The notes beneath the pieces were generated by a model, which made no database searches, was not told the origin of the DNA, and worked only from the letters and a program-made list of their open reading frames with translations. A stretch of 64,000 nucleotides of DNA from Auanema rhodensis (lineage: Eukaryota; Animalia; Nematoda): assembly GCA_964057225.1 (NCBI GenBank), contig OZ059894.1, positions 21,948,001-22,012,000 on the forward strand. The letters are read 5' to 3'. The position numbers and the translations under genes were made by a program. Below are positions 24,801 to 37,434 of the stretch, piece by piece. The stretch's first letter is position 1. The number at the start of each line of letters is the position of its first letter.

Positions 24801-27800
24801 TTAAAAATGCACCGAGATATCAACTGATATAAGTTCACACTTATATCCTCGATTTTCACCCTGAAGAATTAATTTTTTCGTTGAATAACATTGTCCATCG
24901 TCTTTGCCTTAAAAAAAGGAATCTAAAAACATCTACTTTTTGCTAAATTATTTTGAAATTTTTCGAAAAAATTTTTGTCAAAATGTTTTTGGAAGCAATG
25001 TTGAGTGTACATGGAAACTCAACATACACTAATGCATCATTTTTCAAACGAACATAACTAATTTTTTTATCAAGCGTTTCTCAATGTAGTATAGTGCATT
25101 CGATGCGGATTTTTAAGCTGCGTCGATCTGTGTTATCAAATTTGCGCTAGCTTAAAAATGCACCGAGATATCAACTGATATAAGTTCACACTTATATCCT
25201 CGATTTTCACCCTGAAGAATTAATTTTTTCGTTGAATAACATTGTCCATCGTCTTTGCCTTAAAAAAAGGAATCTAAAAACATCTACTTTTTGCTAAATT
25301 ATTTTGAAATTTTTCGAAAAAATTTTTGTCAAAATGTTTTTGGAAGCAATGTTGAGTGTACATGGAAATTCAACATACACTAATGCATCATTTTTCAAAC
25401 GAACATAACTAATTTTTTTATCAAGCGTTTCTCAATGTAGTATAGTGCATTCGATGCGGATTTTTAAGCTGCGTCGATCTGTGTTATCAAATTTGCGCTA
25501 GCTTAAAAATGCACCGAGATATCAACTGATATAAGTTCACACTTATATCCTCGATTTTCACCCTGAAGAATTAATTTTTTCGTTGAATAACATTGTCCAT
25601 CGTCTTTGCCTTAAAAAAAGGAATCTAAAAACATCTACTTTTTGCTAAATTATTTTGAAATTTTTCGAAAAAATTTTTGTCAAAATGTTTTTTGAAGCAA
25701 TGTTGAGTGTACATGGAAACTCAACATACACTAATGCATCATTTTTCAAACGAACATAACTAATTTTTGTATCAAGCGTTTCTCAATGTAGTATAGTGCA
25801 TTCGATGCGGATTTTTAAGCTGCGTCGATCTGTGTTATCAAATTTGCGCTAGCTTAAAAATGCACCGAGATATCAACTGATATAAGTTCACACTTATATC
25901 CTCGATTTTCACCCTGAAGAATTAATTTTTTCGTTGAATAACATTGTCCATCGTCTTTGCCTTAAAAACAGGAATCTAAAAACATCTACTTTTTGCTAAA
26001 TTATTATAAAATTTTTCGAAAAAATTTTTGTCAAAATGTTTTTGGAAGCAATGTTGAGTGTACATGGAAACTCAACATACACTAATGCATCATTTTTCAA
26101 ACGATCATAACTAATTTGTGTATTAAGCGTTTCTCAATGTAGTATAGTGCATTCGATGCGGATTTTTAAGCTGCGTCGATCTGTGTTATCAGATTTGCGC
26201 TAGCTTAAAAATGCACCGAGATATCAACTGATATAAGTTCACACTTATATCCTCGATTTTCACCCTGAAGAATTAATTTTTTCGTTGAATAACATTGTCT
26301 ATCGTCTTTGCCTTGAAAAATGGAATCTAAAAACATCTACTTTTTGCTAAATTATTTTGAAATTTTTCGAAAAAATTTTTGTCAAAATGTTTTTGGAAGC
26401 AATGTTGAGTGTACATGGAAACTCAACATACACTAATGCATCATTTTTCAAACGATCATAACTAATTTGTGTATTAAGCGTTTCTCAATGTAGTATAGTG
26501 CATTCGATGCGGATTTTTAAGCTGCGTCGATCTGTGTTATCAGATTTGCGCTAGCTTAAAAATGCACCGAGATATCAACTGATATAAGTTCACACTTATA
26601 TCCTCGATTTTCACCCTGAAGAATTAATTTTTTCGTTGAATAACATTGTCTATCGTCTTTGCCTTGAAAAATGGAATCTAAAAACATCTACTTTTTGCTG
26701 AATTATTTTGAAATTTTTCGAAAAAATTTTTGTCAAAATGTTTTTGGAAGCAATGTTGAGTGTACATGGAAACTCAACATACACTAATGCATCATTTTTC
26801 AAACGATCATAACTAATTTTTGTATCAAGCGTTTCTCAATGTAGTATAGTGCATTCGATGCGGATTTTTAAGCTGCGTCGATCTGTGTTATCCGATTTGC
26901 GCTAGCTTAAAAATGCACCGAGATATCAACTGATATAAGTTCACACTTAAATCCTCGATTTTCACCCTGAAGAATTAATTTTTTCGTTGAATAACATTGT
27001 CTATCGTCTTTGCCTTGAAAAATGGAATCTAAAAACATCTACTTTTTGCTAAATTATTTTGAAATTTTTCGAAAAAATTTTTGTCAAAATGTTTTTGGAA
27101 GCAATGTTGAGTGTACATGGAAACTCAACATACACTAATGCATCATTTTTCAAACGATCATAACTAATTTTTGTATCAAGCGTTTCTTGATGTAGTATAG
27201 TGCATTCGATGCGAATTTTTAAGCTGCGTCGATCTGTGTTATCAGATTTGCGCTAGCTTAAAAATGCACCGAGATATCAACTGATATAAGTTCACACTTA
27301 TATCCTCGATTTTCACCCTGAAGAATTAATTTTTTCGTTGAATAACATTGTCCATCGTCTTTGCCTTAAAAAAAGGAATCTAAAAACATCTACTTTTTGC
27401 TAAATTATTTTGAAATTTTTCGAAAAAATTTTTGTCAAAATGTTTTTGGAAGCAATGTTGAGTGTACATGGAAACTCAACATACACTAATGCATCATTTT
27501 TCAAACGAACATAACTAATTTTTTTATCAAGCGTTTCTCAATGTAGTATAGTGCATTCGATGCGGATTTTTAAGCTGCGTCGATCTGTGTTATCAAATTT
27601 GCGCTAGCTTAAAAATGCACCGAGATATCAACTGATATAAGTTCACACTTATATCCTCGATTTTCACCCTGAAGAATTAATTTTTTCGTTGAATAACATT
27701 GTCCATCGTCTTTGCCTTAAAAAAAGGAATCTAAAAACATCTACTTTTTGCTAAATTATTTTGAAATTTTTCGAAAAAATTTTTGTCAAAATGTTTTTGG

Positions 27801-28173
27801 AAGCAATGTTGAGTGTACATGGAAACTCAACATACACTAATGCATCATTTTTCAAACGAACATAACTAATTTTTTTATCAAGCGTTTCTCAATGTAGTAT
27901 AGTGCATTCGATGCGGATTTTTAAGCTGCGTCGATCTGTGTTATCAAATTTGCGCTAGCTTAAAAATGCACCGAGATATCAACTGATATAAGTTCACACT
28001 TATATCCTCGATTTTCACCCTGAAGAATTAATTTTTTCGTTGAATAACATTGTCCATCGTCTTTGCCTTAAAAACAGGAATCTAAAAACATCTACTTTTT
28101 GCTAAATTATTTTGAAATTTTTCGAAAAAATTTTTGTCAAAATGTTTTTGGAAGCAATGTTGAGTGTACATGG

Positions 28174-31100
28174 GAACTCAACATACACTAATGCATCATT
28201 TTTCAAACGATCATAACTAATTTTTGTATTAAGCGTTTCTCAATGTAGTATAGTGCATTCGATGCGGATTTTTAAGCTGCGTCGATCTGTGTTATCAGAT
28301 TTGCGCTAGCTTAAAAATGCACCGAGATATCAACTGATGTAAGTTCACACTTATATCCTCGATTTTCACCCTGAAGAATTAATTTTTTCGTTGAATAACA
28401 TTGTCCATCGTCTTTGCCTTGAAAAAAGGAATCTAAAAACATCTACTTTTTGCTAAATTATTTTGAAATTTTTCGAAAAAATTTTTGTCAAAATGTTTTT
28501 GGAAGCAATGTTGAGTGTACATGGAAACTCAACATACACTAATGCATCATTTTTCAAACGATCATAACTAATTTTTGTATCAAACGTTTCTCAATGTAGT
28601 ATAGTGCATTCGATGCGGATTTTTAAGCTGCGTCGATCTGTGGTATCAGATTTGCGCTAGCTTAAAAATGCACCGAGATATCAACTGATATAAGTTCACA
28701 CTTATATCCTCGATTTTCACCCTGAAGAATTAATTTTTTCGTTGAATAACATTGTCCATCGTCTTTGCCTTGAAAAAAGGAATCTAAAAACATCTACTTT
28801 TTGCTGAATTATTTTGAAATTTTTCGAAAAAATTTTTGTCAAAATGTTTTTGGAAGCAATGTTGAGTGTACATGGAAACTCAACATACACTAATGCATCA
28901 TTTTTCAAACGATCATAACTAATTTTTGTATCAAGCGTTTCTTGATGTAGTATAGTGCATTCGATGCGGATTTTTAAGCTGCGTCGATCTGTGTTATCAG
29001 ATTTGCGCTAGCTTAAAAATGCACCGAGATATCAACTGATATAAGTTCACACTTATATCCTCGATTTTCACCCTGAAGAATTAATTTTTTCGTTGAATAA
29101 CATTGTCCATCGTCTTTGCCTTGAAAAAAGGAATCTAGAAACATCTACTTTTTGCTGAATTATTTTGAAATTTTTCGAAAAAATTTTTGTCAAAATGTTT
29201 TTGGAAGCAATGTTGAGTGTACATGGAAACTCAACATACACTAATGCATCATTTTTCAAACGATCATAACTAATTTTTGTATCAAGCGTTTCTCAATGTA
29301 GTATAGTGCATTCGATGCGGATTTTTAAGCTGCGTCGATCTGTGTTATCCGATTTGCGCTAGCTTAAAAATGCACCGAGATATCAACTGATATAAGTTCA
29401 CACTTAAATCCTCGATTTTCACCCTGAAGAATTAATTTTTTCGTTGAATAACATTGTCTATCGTCTTTGCCTTGAAAAATGGAATCTAAAAACATCTACT
29501 TTTTGCTAAATTATTTTGAAATTTTTCGAAAAAATTTTTGTCAAAATGTTTTTGGAAGCAATGTTGAGTGTACATGGAAACTCAACATACACTAATGCAT
29601 CATTTTTCAAACGATCATAACTAATTTTTGTATCAAGCGTTTCTTGATGTAGTATAGTGCATTCGATGCGAATTTTTAAGCTGCGTCGATCTGTGTTATC
29701 AGATTTGCGCTAGCTTAAAAATGCACCGAGATATCAACTGATATAAGTTCACACTTATATCCTCGATTTTCACCCTGAAGAATTAATTTTTTCGTTGAAT
29801 AACATTGTCCATCGTCTTTGCCTTAAAAAAAGGAATCTAAAAACATCTACTTTTTGCTAAATTATTTTGAAATTTTTCGAAAAAATTTTTGTCAAAATGT
29901 TTTTGGAAGCAATGTTGAGTGTACATGGAAACTCAACATACACTAATGCATCATTTTTCAAACGAACATAACTAATTTTTTTATCAAGCGTTTCTCAATG
30001 TAGTATAGTGCATTCGATGCGGATTTTTAAGCTGCGTCGATCTGTGTTATCAAATTTGCGCTAGCTTAAAAATGCACCGAGATATCAACTGATATAAGTT
30101 CACACTTATATCCTCGATTTTCACCCTGAAGAATTAATTTTTTCGTTGAATAACATTGTCCATCGTCTTTGCCTTAAAAAAAGGAATCTAAAAACATCTA
30201 CTTTTTGCTAAATTATTTTGAAATTTTTCGAAAAAATTTTTGTCAAAATGTTTTTGGAAGCAATGTTGAGTGTACATGGAAACTCAACATACACTAATGC
30301 ATCATTTTTCAAACGATCATAACTAATTTTTGTATCAAGCGTTTCTTGATGTAGTATAGTGCATTCGATGCGAATTTTTAAGCTGCGTCGATCTGTGTTA
30401 TCAGATTTGCGCTAGCTTAAAAATGCACCGAGATATCAACTGATATAAGTTCACACTTATATCCTCGATTTTCACCCTGAAGAATTAATTTTTTCGTTGA
30501 ATAACATTGTCCATCGTCTTTGCCTTAAAAAAAGGAATCTAAAAACATCTACTTTTTGCTAAATTATTTTGAAATTTTTCGAAAAAATTTTTGTCAAAAT
30601 GTTTTTGGAAGCAATGTTGAGTGTACATGGAAACTCAACATACACTAATGCATCATTTTTCAAACGAACATAACTAATTTTTTTATCAAGCGTTTCTCAA
30701 TGTAGTATAGTGCATTTGATGCGGATTTTTAAGCTGCGTCGATCTGTGTTATCAAATTTGCGCTAGCTTAAAAATGCACCGAGATATCAACTGATATAAG
30801 TTCACACTTATATCCTCGATTTTCACCCTGAAGAATTAATTTTTTCGTTGAATAACATTGTCCATCGTCTTTGCCTTAAAAAAAGGAATCTAAAAACATC
30901 TACTTTTTGCTAAATTATTTTGAAATTTTTCGAAAAAATTTTTGTCAAAATGTTTTTGGAAGCAATGTTGAGTGTACATGGAAACTCAACATACACTAAT
31001 GCATCATTTTTCAAACGAACATAACTAATTTTTTTATCAAGTGTTTCTCAATGTAGTATAGTGCATTCGATGCGGATTTTTAAGCTGCGTCGATCTGTGT

Positions 31101-31802
31101 TATCAAATTTGCGCTAGCTTAAAAATGCACCGAGATATCAACTGATATAAGTTCACACTTATATCCTCGATTTTCACCCTGAAGAATTAATTTTTTCGTT
31201 GAATAACATTGTCCATCGTCTTTGCCTTAAAAACAGGAATCTAAAAACATCTACTTTTTGCTAAATTATTTTGAAATTTTTCGAAAAAATTTTTGTCAAA
31301 ATGTTTTTGGAAGCAATGTTGAGTGTACATGGGAACTCAACATACACTAATGCATCATTTTTCAAACGATCATAACTAATTTTTGTATTAAGCGTTTCTC
31401 AATGTAGTATAGTGCATTCGATGCGGATTTTTAAGCTGCGTCGATCTGTGTTATCAGATTTGCGCTAGCTTAAAAATGCACCGAGATATCAACTGATGTA
31501 AGTTCACACTTATATCCTCGATTTTCACCCTGAAGAATTAATTTTTTCGTTGAATAACATTGTCCATCGTCTTTGCCTTGAAAAAAGGAATCTAAAAACA
31601 TCTACTTTTTGCTAAATTATTTTGAAATTTTTCGAAAAAATTTTTGTCAAAATGTTTTTGGAAGCAATGTTGAGTGTACATGGAAACTCAACATACACTA
31701 ATGCATCATTTTTCAAACGATCATAACTAATTTTTGTATCAAACGTTTCTCAATGTAGTATAGTGCATTCGATGCGGATTTTTAAGCTGCGTCGATCTGT
31801 GG
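28174..31802 (+). repeat. Block duplication with a 9-monomer period (span of marker variants)
   Basis: Rare variants pair at 3159 bp (9x351): GGGAAC 28174/31333, GATGTAAG 28339/31498, GTGGTATC 28643/31802. Confidence 0.88.
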
Positions 31803-32984
31803 TATCAGATTTGCGCTAGCTTAAAAATGCACCGAGATATCAACTGATATAAGTTCACACTTATATCCTCGATTTTCACCCTGAAGAATTAATTTTTTCG
31901 TTGAATAACATTGTCCATCGTCTTTGCCTTGAAAAAAGGAATCTAAAAACATCTACTTTTTGCTGAATTATTTTGAAATTTTTCGAAAAAATTTTTGTCA
32001 AAATGTTTTTGGAAGCAATGTTGAGTGTACATGGAAACTCAACATACACTAATGCATCATTTTTCAAACGATCATAACTAATTTTTGTATCAAGCGTTTC
32101 TTGATGTAGTATAGTGCATTCGATGCGGATTTTTAAGCTGCGTCGATCTGTGTTATCAGATTTGCGCTAGCTTAAAAATGCACCGAGATATCAACTGATA
32201 TAAGTTCACACTTATATCCTCGATTTTCACCCTGAAGAATTAATTTTTTCGTTGAATAACATTGTCCATCGTCTTTGCCTTGAAAAATGGAAACTAAAAA
32301 CATCTACTTTTTGCTAAATTATTTTGAAATTTTTCGAAAAAATTTTTGTCAAAATGTTTTTGGAAGCAATGTTGAGTTTACATGGAAACTCAACACACAC
32401 TAATGCATCATTTTTCAAACGATCATAACTAATTTGTGTATTAAGCGTTTCTCAATCTAGTATAGTGCATTCGATGCGGATTTTTAAGCTGCGTCGATCT
32501 GTGTTATCAGATTTGCGCTAGCTTAAAAATGCACCGAGATATCAACTGATATAAGTTCACACATATATCCTCGATTTTCACCCTGAAGAATTAATTTTTT
32601 CGTTGAATAACATTGTCCATCGTCTTTGCCTTAAAAAAAGGAATCTAAAAACATCTACTTTTTGCTAAATTATCTTGAAATTTTTCGAAAAAATTTTTGT
32701 CAAAATGTTTTTGGAAGCAATGTTGAGTGTACATGGAAACTCAACATACACTAATGCATCATTTTTCAAACGATCATAACTAATTTTTGTATCAAACGTT
32801 TCTCAATGTAGTATAGTGCATTCGATGCGGATTTTTAAGCTGCGTCGATCTGTGTTATCAGATTTGCGCTAGCTTAAAAATGCACCGAGATATCAACTGA
32901 TACAAGTTCACACTTATATCCTCGATTTTCACCCTGAAGAATTAATTTTTTCGTTGAATAACATTGTCCATCGTCTTTGCCTTG

Positions 32985-34604
32985 GAAAAAGGAATCTAAA
33001 AACATCTACTTTTTGCTGAATTATTCTGAAATTTTTCGAAAAAATTTTTGTCAAAATGTTTTTGGAAGCAATGTTGAGTGTACATGGAAACTCAACATAC
33101 ACTAATGCATCATTTTTCAAACGATCATAACTAATTTTTGTATTAAGCGTTTCTCAATGTAGTATAGTGCATTCGATGCGGATTTTTAAGCTGCGTCGAA
33201 CTGTGTTATCAGATTTGCGCTAGCTTAAAAATGCACCGAGATATCAACTGATATAAGTTTACACTTATATCCTCGATTTTCACCCTGAAGAATTAATTTT
33301 TTCGTTGAATAACATTGTCCATCGTCTTTGCCTTGAAAAAAGAAATCTAAAAACATCTACTTTTTGCTAAATTATTTTGAAATTTTTCGAAAAAATTTTT
33401 GTCAAAATGTTTTTGGAAGCAATGTTGAGTGTACATGGAAACTCAACATACACTAATGCATCATTTTTCAAACGATCATAACTAATTTTTGTATTAAGCG
33501 TTTCTCAATGTAGTATAGTGCATTCGATGCGGATTTTTAAGCTGCGTCGATCTGTGTTATCAGATTTGCGCTAGCTTAAAAATGCACCGAGATATCAACT
33601 GATATAAGTTCACACTTATATCCTCTATTTTCACCCTGAAGAATTAATTTTTTCGTTGAATAACATTGTCCATCGTCTTTGCCTTAAAAAAAGGAATCTA
33701 AAAACATCTACTTTTTGCTAAATTATTTTGAAATTTTTCGAAAAAATTTTTGTCAAAATGTTTTTGGAAGCAATGTTGAGTGTACATGGAAACTCAACAT
33801 ACACTAATGCATCATTTTTCAAACGATCATAACTAATTTGTGTATTAAGCGTTTCTTAATGTAGTATAGTGCATTCGATGCGGATTTTTAAGCTGCGTCG
33901 ATCTGTGTTATCAGATTTGCGCTAGCTTAAAAATGCACCGAGATATCAACTGATATAAGTTCACACTTATATCCTCGATTTTCACCCTGAAGAATTAATT
34001 TTTTCGTTGAATAACATTGTCTATCGTCTTTGCCTTGAAAAATGGAATCTAAAAACATCTACTTTTTGCTAAATTATTTTGAAATTTTTCGAAAAAATTT
34101 TTGTCAAAATGTTTTTGGAAGCAATGTTGAGTGTACATGGAAACTCAACATACACTAATGCATCATTTTTCAAACGATCATAACTAATTTTTGTATCAAG
34201 CGTTTCTTGATGTAGTATAGTGCATTCGATGCGGATTTTTAAGCTGCGTCGATCTGTGTTATCAGATTTGCGCTAGCTTAAAAATGCACCGAGATATCAA
34301 CTGATATAAGTTCACACTTATATCCTCGATTTTCACCCTGAAGAATTAATTTTTTCGTTGAATAACATTGTCCATCGTCTTTGCCTTGGAAAAAGGAATC
34401 TAAAAACATCTACTTTTTGCTGAATTATTCTGAAATTTTTCGAAAAAATTTTTGTCAAAATGTTTTTGGAAGCAATGTTGAGTGTACATGGAAACTCAAC
34501 ATACACTAATGCATCATTTTTCAAACGATCATAACTAATTTTTGTATTAAGCGTTTCTCAATGTAGTATAGTGCATTCGATTCGGATTTTTAAGCTGCGT
34601 CGAA
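32985..34604 (+). repeat. Block duplication with a 4-monomer offset (span of marker variants)
   Basis: Rare variants pair at 1404 bp (4x351): CTTGGAAAA 32985/34389, ATTCTGA 33026/34430, CGAACTG 33200/34604. Confidence 0.88.
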
Positions 34605-37434
34605 CTGTGTTATCAGATTTGCGCTAGCTTAAAAATGCACCGAGATATCAACTGATATAAGTTTACACTTATATCCTCGATTTTCACCCTGAAGAATTAA
34701 TTTTTTCGTTGAATAACATTGTCCATCGTCTTTGCCTTGAAAAAAGAAATCTAAAAACATCTACTTTTTGCTAAATTATTTTGAAATTTTTCGAAAAAAT
34801 TTTTGTCAAAATGTTTTTGGAAGCAATGTTGAGTGTACATGGAAACTCAACATACACTAATGCATCATTTTTCAAACGATCATTACTAATTTTTGTATTA
34901 AGCGTTTCTCAATGTAGTATAGTGCATTCGATGCGGATTTTTAAGCTGCGTCGATCTGTGTTATCAGATTTGCGCTAGCTTAAAAATGCACCGAGATATC
35001 AACTGATATAAGTTCACACTTATATCCTCGATTTTCACCCTGAAGAATTAATTTTTTCGTTGAATAACATTGTCTATCGTCTTTGCCTTGAAAAATGGAA
35101 TCTAAAAACATCTACTTTTTGCTAAATTATTTTGAAATTTTTCGAAAAAATTTTTGTCAAAATGTTTTTGGAAGCAATGTTGAGTGTACATGGAAACTCA
35201 ACATACACTAATGCATCATTTTTCAAACGATCATAACTAATTTTTGTATCAAGCGTTTCTTGATGTAGTATAGTGCATTCGATGCGGATTTTTAAGCTGC
35301 GTCGATCTGTGTTATCAGATTTGCGCTAGCTTAAAAATGCACCGAGATATCAACTGATATAAGTTCACACTTATATCCTCGATTTTCACCCTGAAGAATT
35401 AATTTTTTCGTTGAATAACATTGTCCATCGTCTTTGCCTTAAAAAAAGGAATCTAAAAACATCTACTTTTTGCTAAATTATTTTGAAATTTTTCGAAAAA
35501 ATTTTTGTCAAAATGTTTTTGGAAGCAATGTTGAGTGTACATGGGAACTCAACATACACTAATGCATCATTTTTCAAACGATCATAACTAATTTGTGTAT
35601 TAAGCGTTTCTCAATGTAGTATAGTGCATTCGATGCGGATTTTTAAGCTGCGTCGATCTGTGTTATCAGATTTGCGCTAGCTTAAAAATGCACCGAGATA
35701 TCAACTGATATAAGTTTACACTTATATCCTCGATTTTCACCCTGAAGAATTAATTTTTTCGTTGAATAACATTGTCCATCGTCTTTGCCTTAAAAAAAGG
35801 AATCTAAAAACATCTACTTTTTGCTAAATTATTTTGAAATTTTTCGAAAAAATTTTTGTCAAAATGTTTTTGGAAGCAATGTTGAGTGTACATGGAAACT
35901 CAACATACACTAATGCATCATTTTTCAAACGATCATAACTAATTTGTTTATTAAGCGTTTCTCAATGTAGTATAGTGCATTCGATGCGGATTTTTAAGCT
36001 GCGTCGATCTGTGTTATCAGATTTGCGCTAGCGTAAAAATGCACCGAGATATCAACTGATATAAGTTCACACTTATATCCTCGATTTTCACCCTGAAGAA
36101 TTTATTTTTTCGTTGAATAACATTGTCTATCGTCTTTGCCTTGAAAAATGGAATCTAAAAACATCTACTTTTTGCTAAATTATTTTGAAATTTTTCGAAA
36201 AAATTTTTGTCAAAATGTTTTTGGAAGCAATGTTGAGTGTACATGGAAACTCAACATACACTAATGCATCATTTTTCAAACGATCATAACTAATTTGTGT
36301 ATCAAGCGTTTCTTGATGTAGTATAGTGCATTCGATGCGGATTTTTAAGCTGCGTCGATCTGTGTTATCAGATTTGCGCTAGCTTAAAAATGCACCGAGA
36401 TATCAACTGATATAAGTTCACACTTATATCCTCGATTTTCACCCTGAAGAATTTATTTTTTCGTTGAATAACATTGTCTATCGTCTTTGCCTTGAAAAAT
36501 GGAATCTAAAAACATCTACTTTTTGCTAAATTATTTTGAAATTTTTCGAAAAAATTTTTGTCAAAATGTTTTTGGAAGCAATGTTGAGTGTACATGGAAA
36601 CTCAACATACACTAATGCATCATTTTTCAAACGATCATAACTAATTTTTGTATCAAGCGTTTCTTGATGTAGTATAGTGCATTCGATGCGGATTTTTAAG
36701 CTGCGTCGATCTGTGTTATCAGATTTGCGCTAGCTTAAAAATGCACCGAGATATCAACTGATATAAGTTCACACTTATATCCTCGATTTTCACCCTGAAG
36801 AATTAATTTTTTCGTTGAATAACATTGTCCATCGTCTTTGCCTTAAAAAAAGGAATCTAAAAACATCTACTTTTTGCTAAATTATTTTGAAATTTTTCGA
36901 AAAAATTTTTGTCAAAATGTTTTTGGAAGCAATGTTGAGTGTACATGGAAACTCAACATACACTAATGCATCATTTTTCAAACGATCATAACTAATTTGT
37001 TTATTAAGCGTTACTCAATGTAGTATAGTGCATTCGATGCGGATTTTTAAGCTGCGTCGATCTGTGTTATCAGATTTGCGCTAGCGTAAAAATGCACCGA
37101 GATATCAACTGATATAAGTTCACACTTATATCCTCGATTTTCACCCTGAAGAATTTATTTTTTCGTTGAATAACATTGTCTATCGTCTTTGCCTTGAAAA
37201 ATGGAATCTAAAAACATCTACTTTTTGCTAAATTATTTTGAAATTTTTCGAAAAAATTTTTGTCAAAATGTTTTTGGAAGCAATGTTGAGTGTACATGGA
37301 AACTCAACATACACTAATGCATCATTTTTCAAACGATCATAACTAATTTTTGTATCAAGCGTTTCTTGATGTAGTATAGTGCATTCGATGCGGATTTTTA
37401 AGCTGCGTCGATCTGTGTTATCAGATTTGCGCTA

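Noticed and set aside
6129-34524. Repeated 63-aa minus-strand ORF (MKNDALVY...)
   Set aside because: It starts at TTG, is open only for certain allele combinations, overlaps the other ORF in antisense and has no recognisable domain. It is a chance product of the satellite.
3769-34978. Repeated 65-aa plus-strand ORF (MKFFEKIF...)
   Set aside because: It starts at TTG and is open only in the few monomers where a substitution removes a TAA (CATAA>CAAAA or CATTA). Most copies have the stop, and the F/K/S-rich composition reflects AT-rich DNA. Not a gene.
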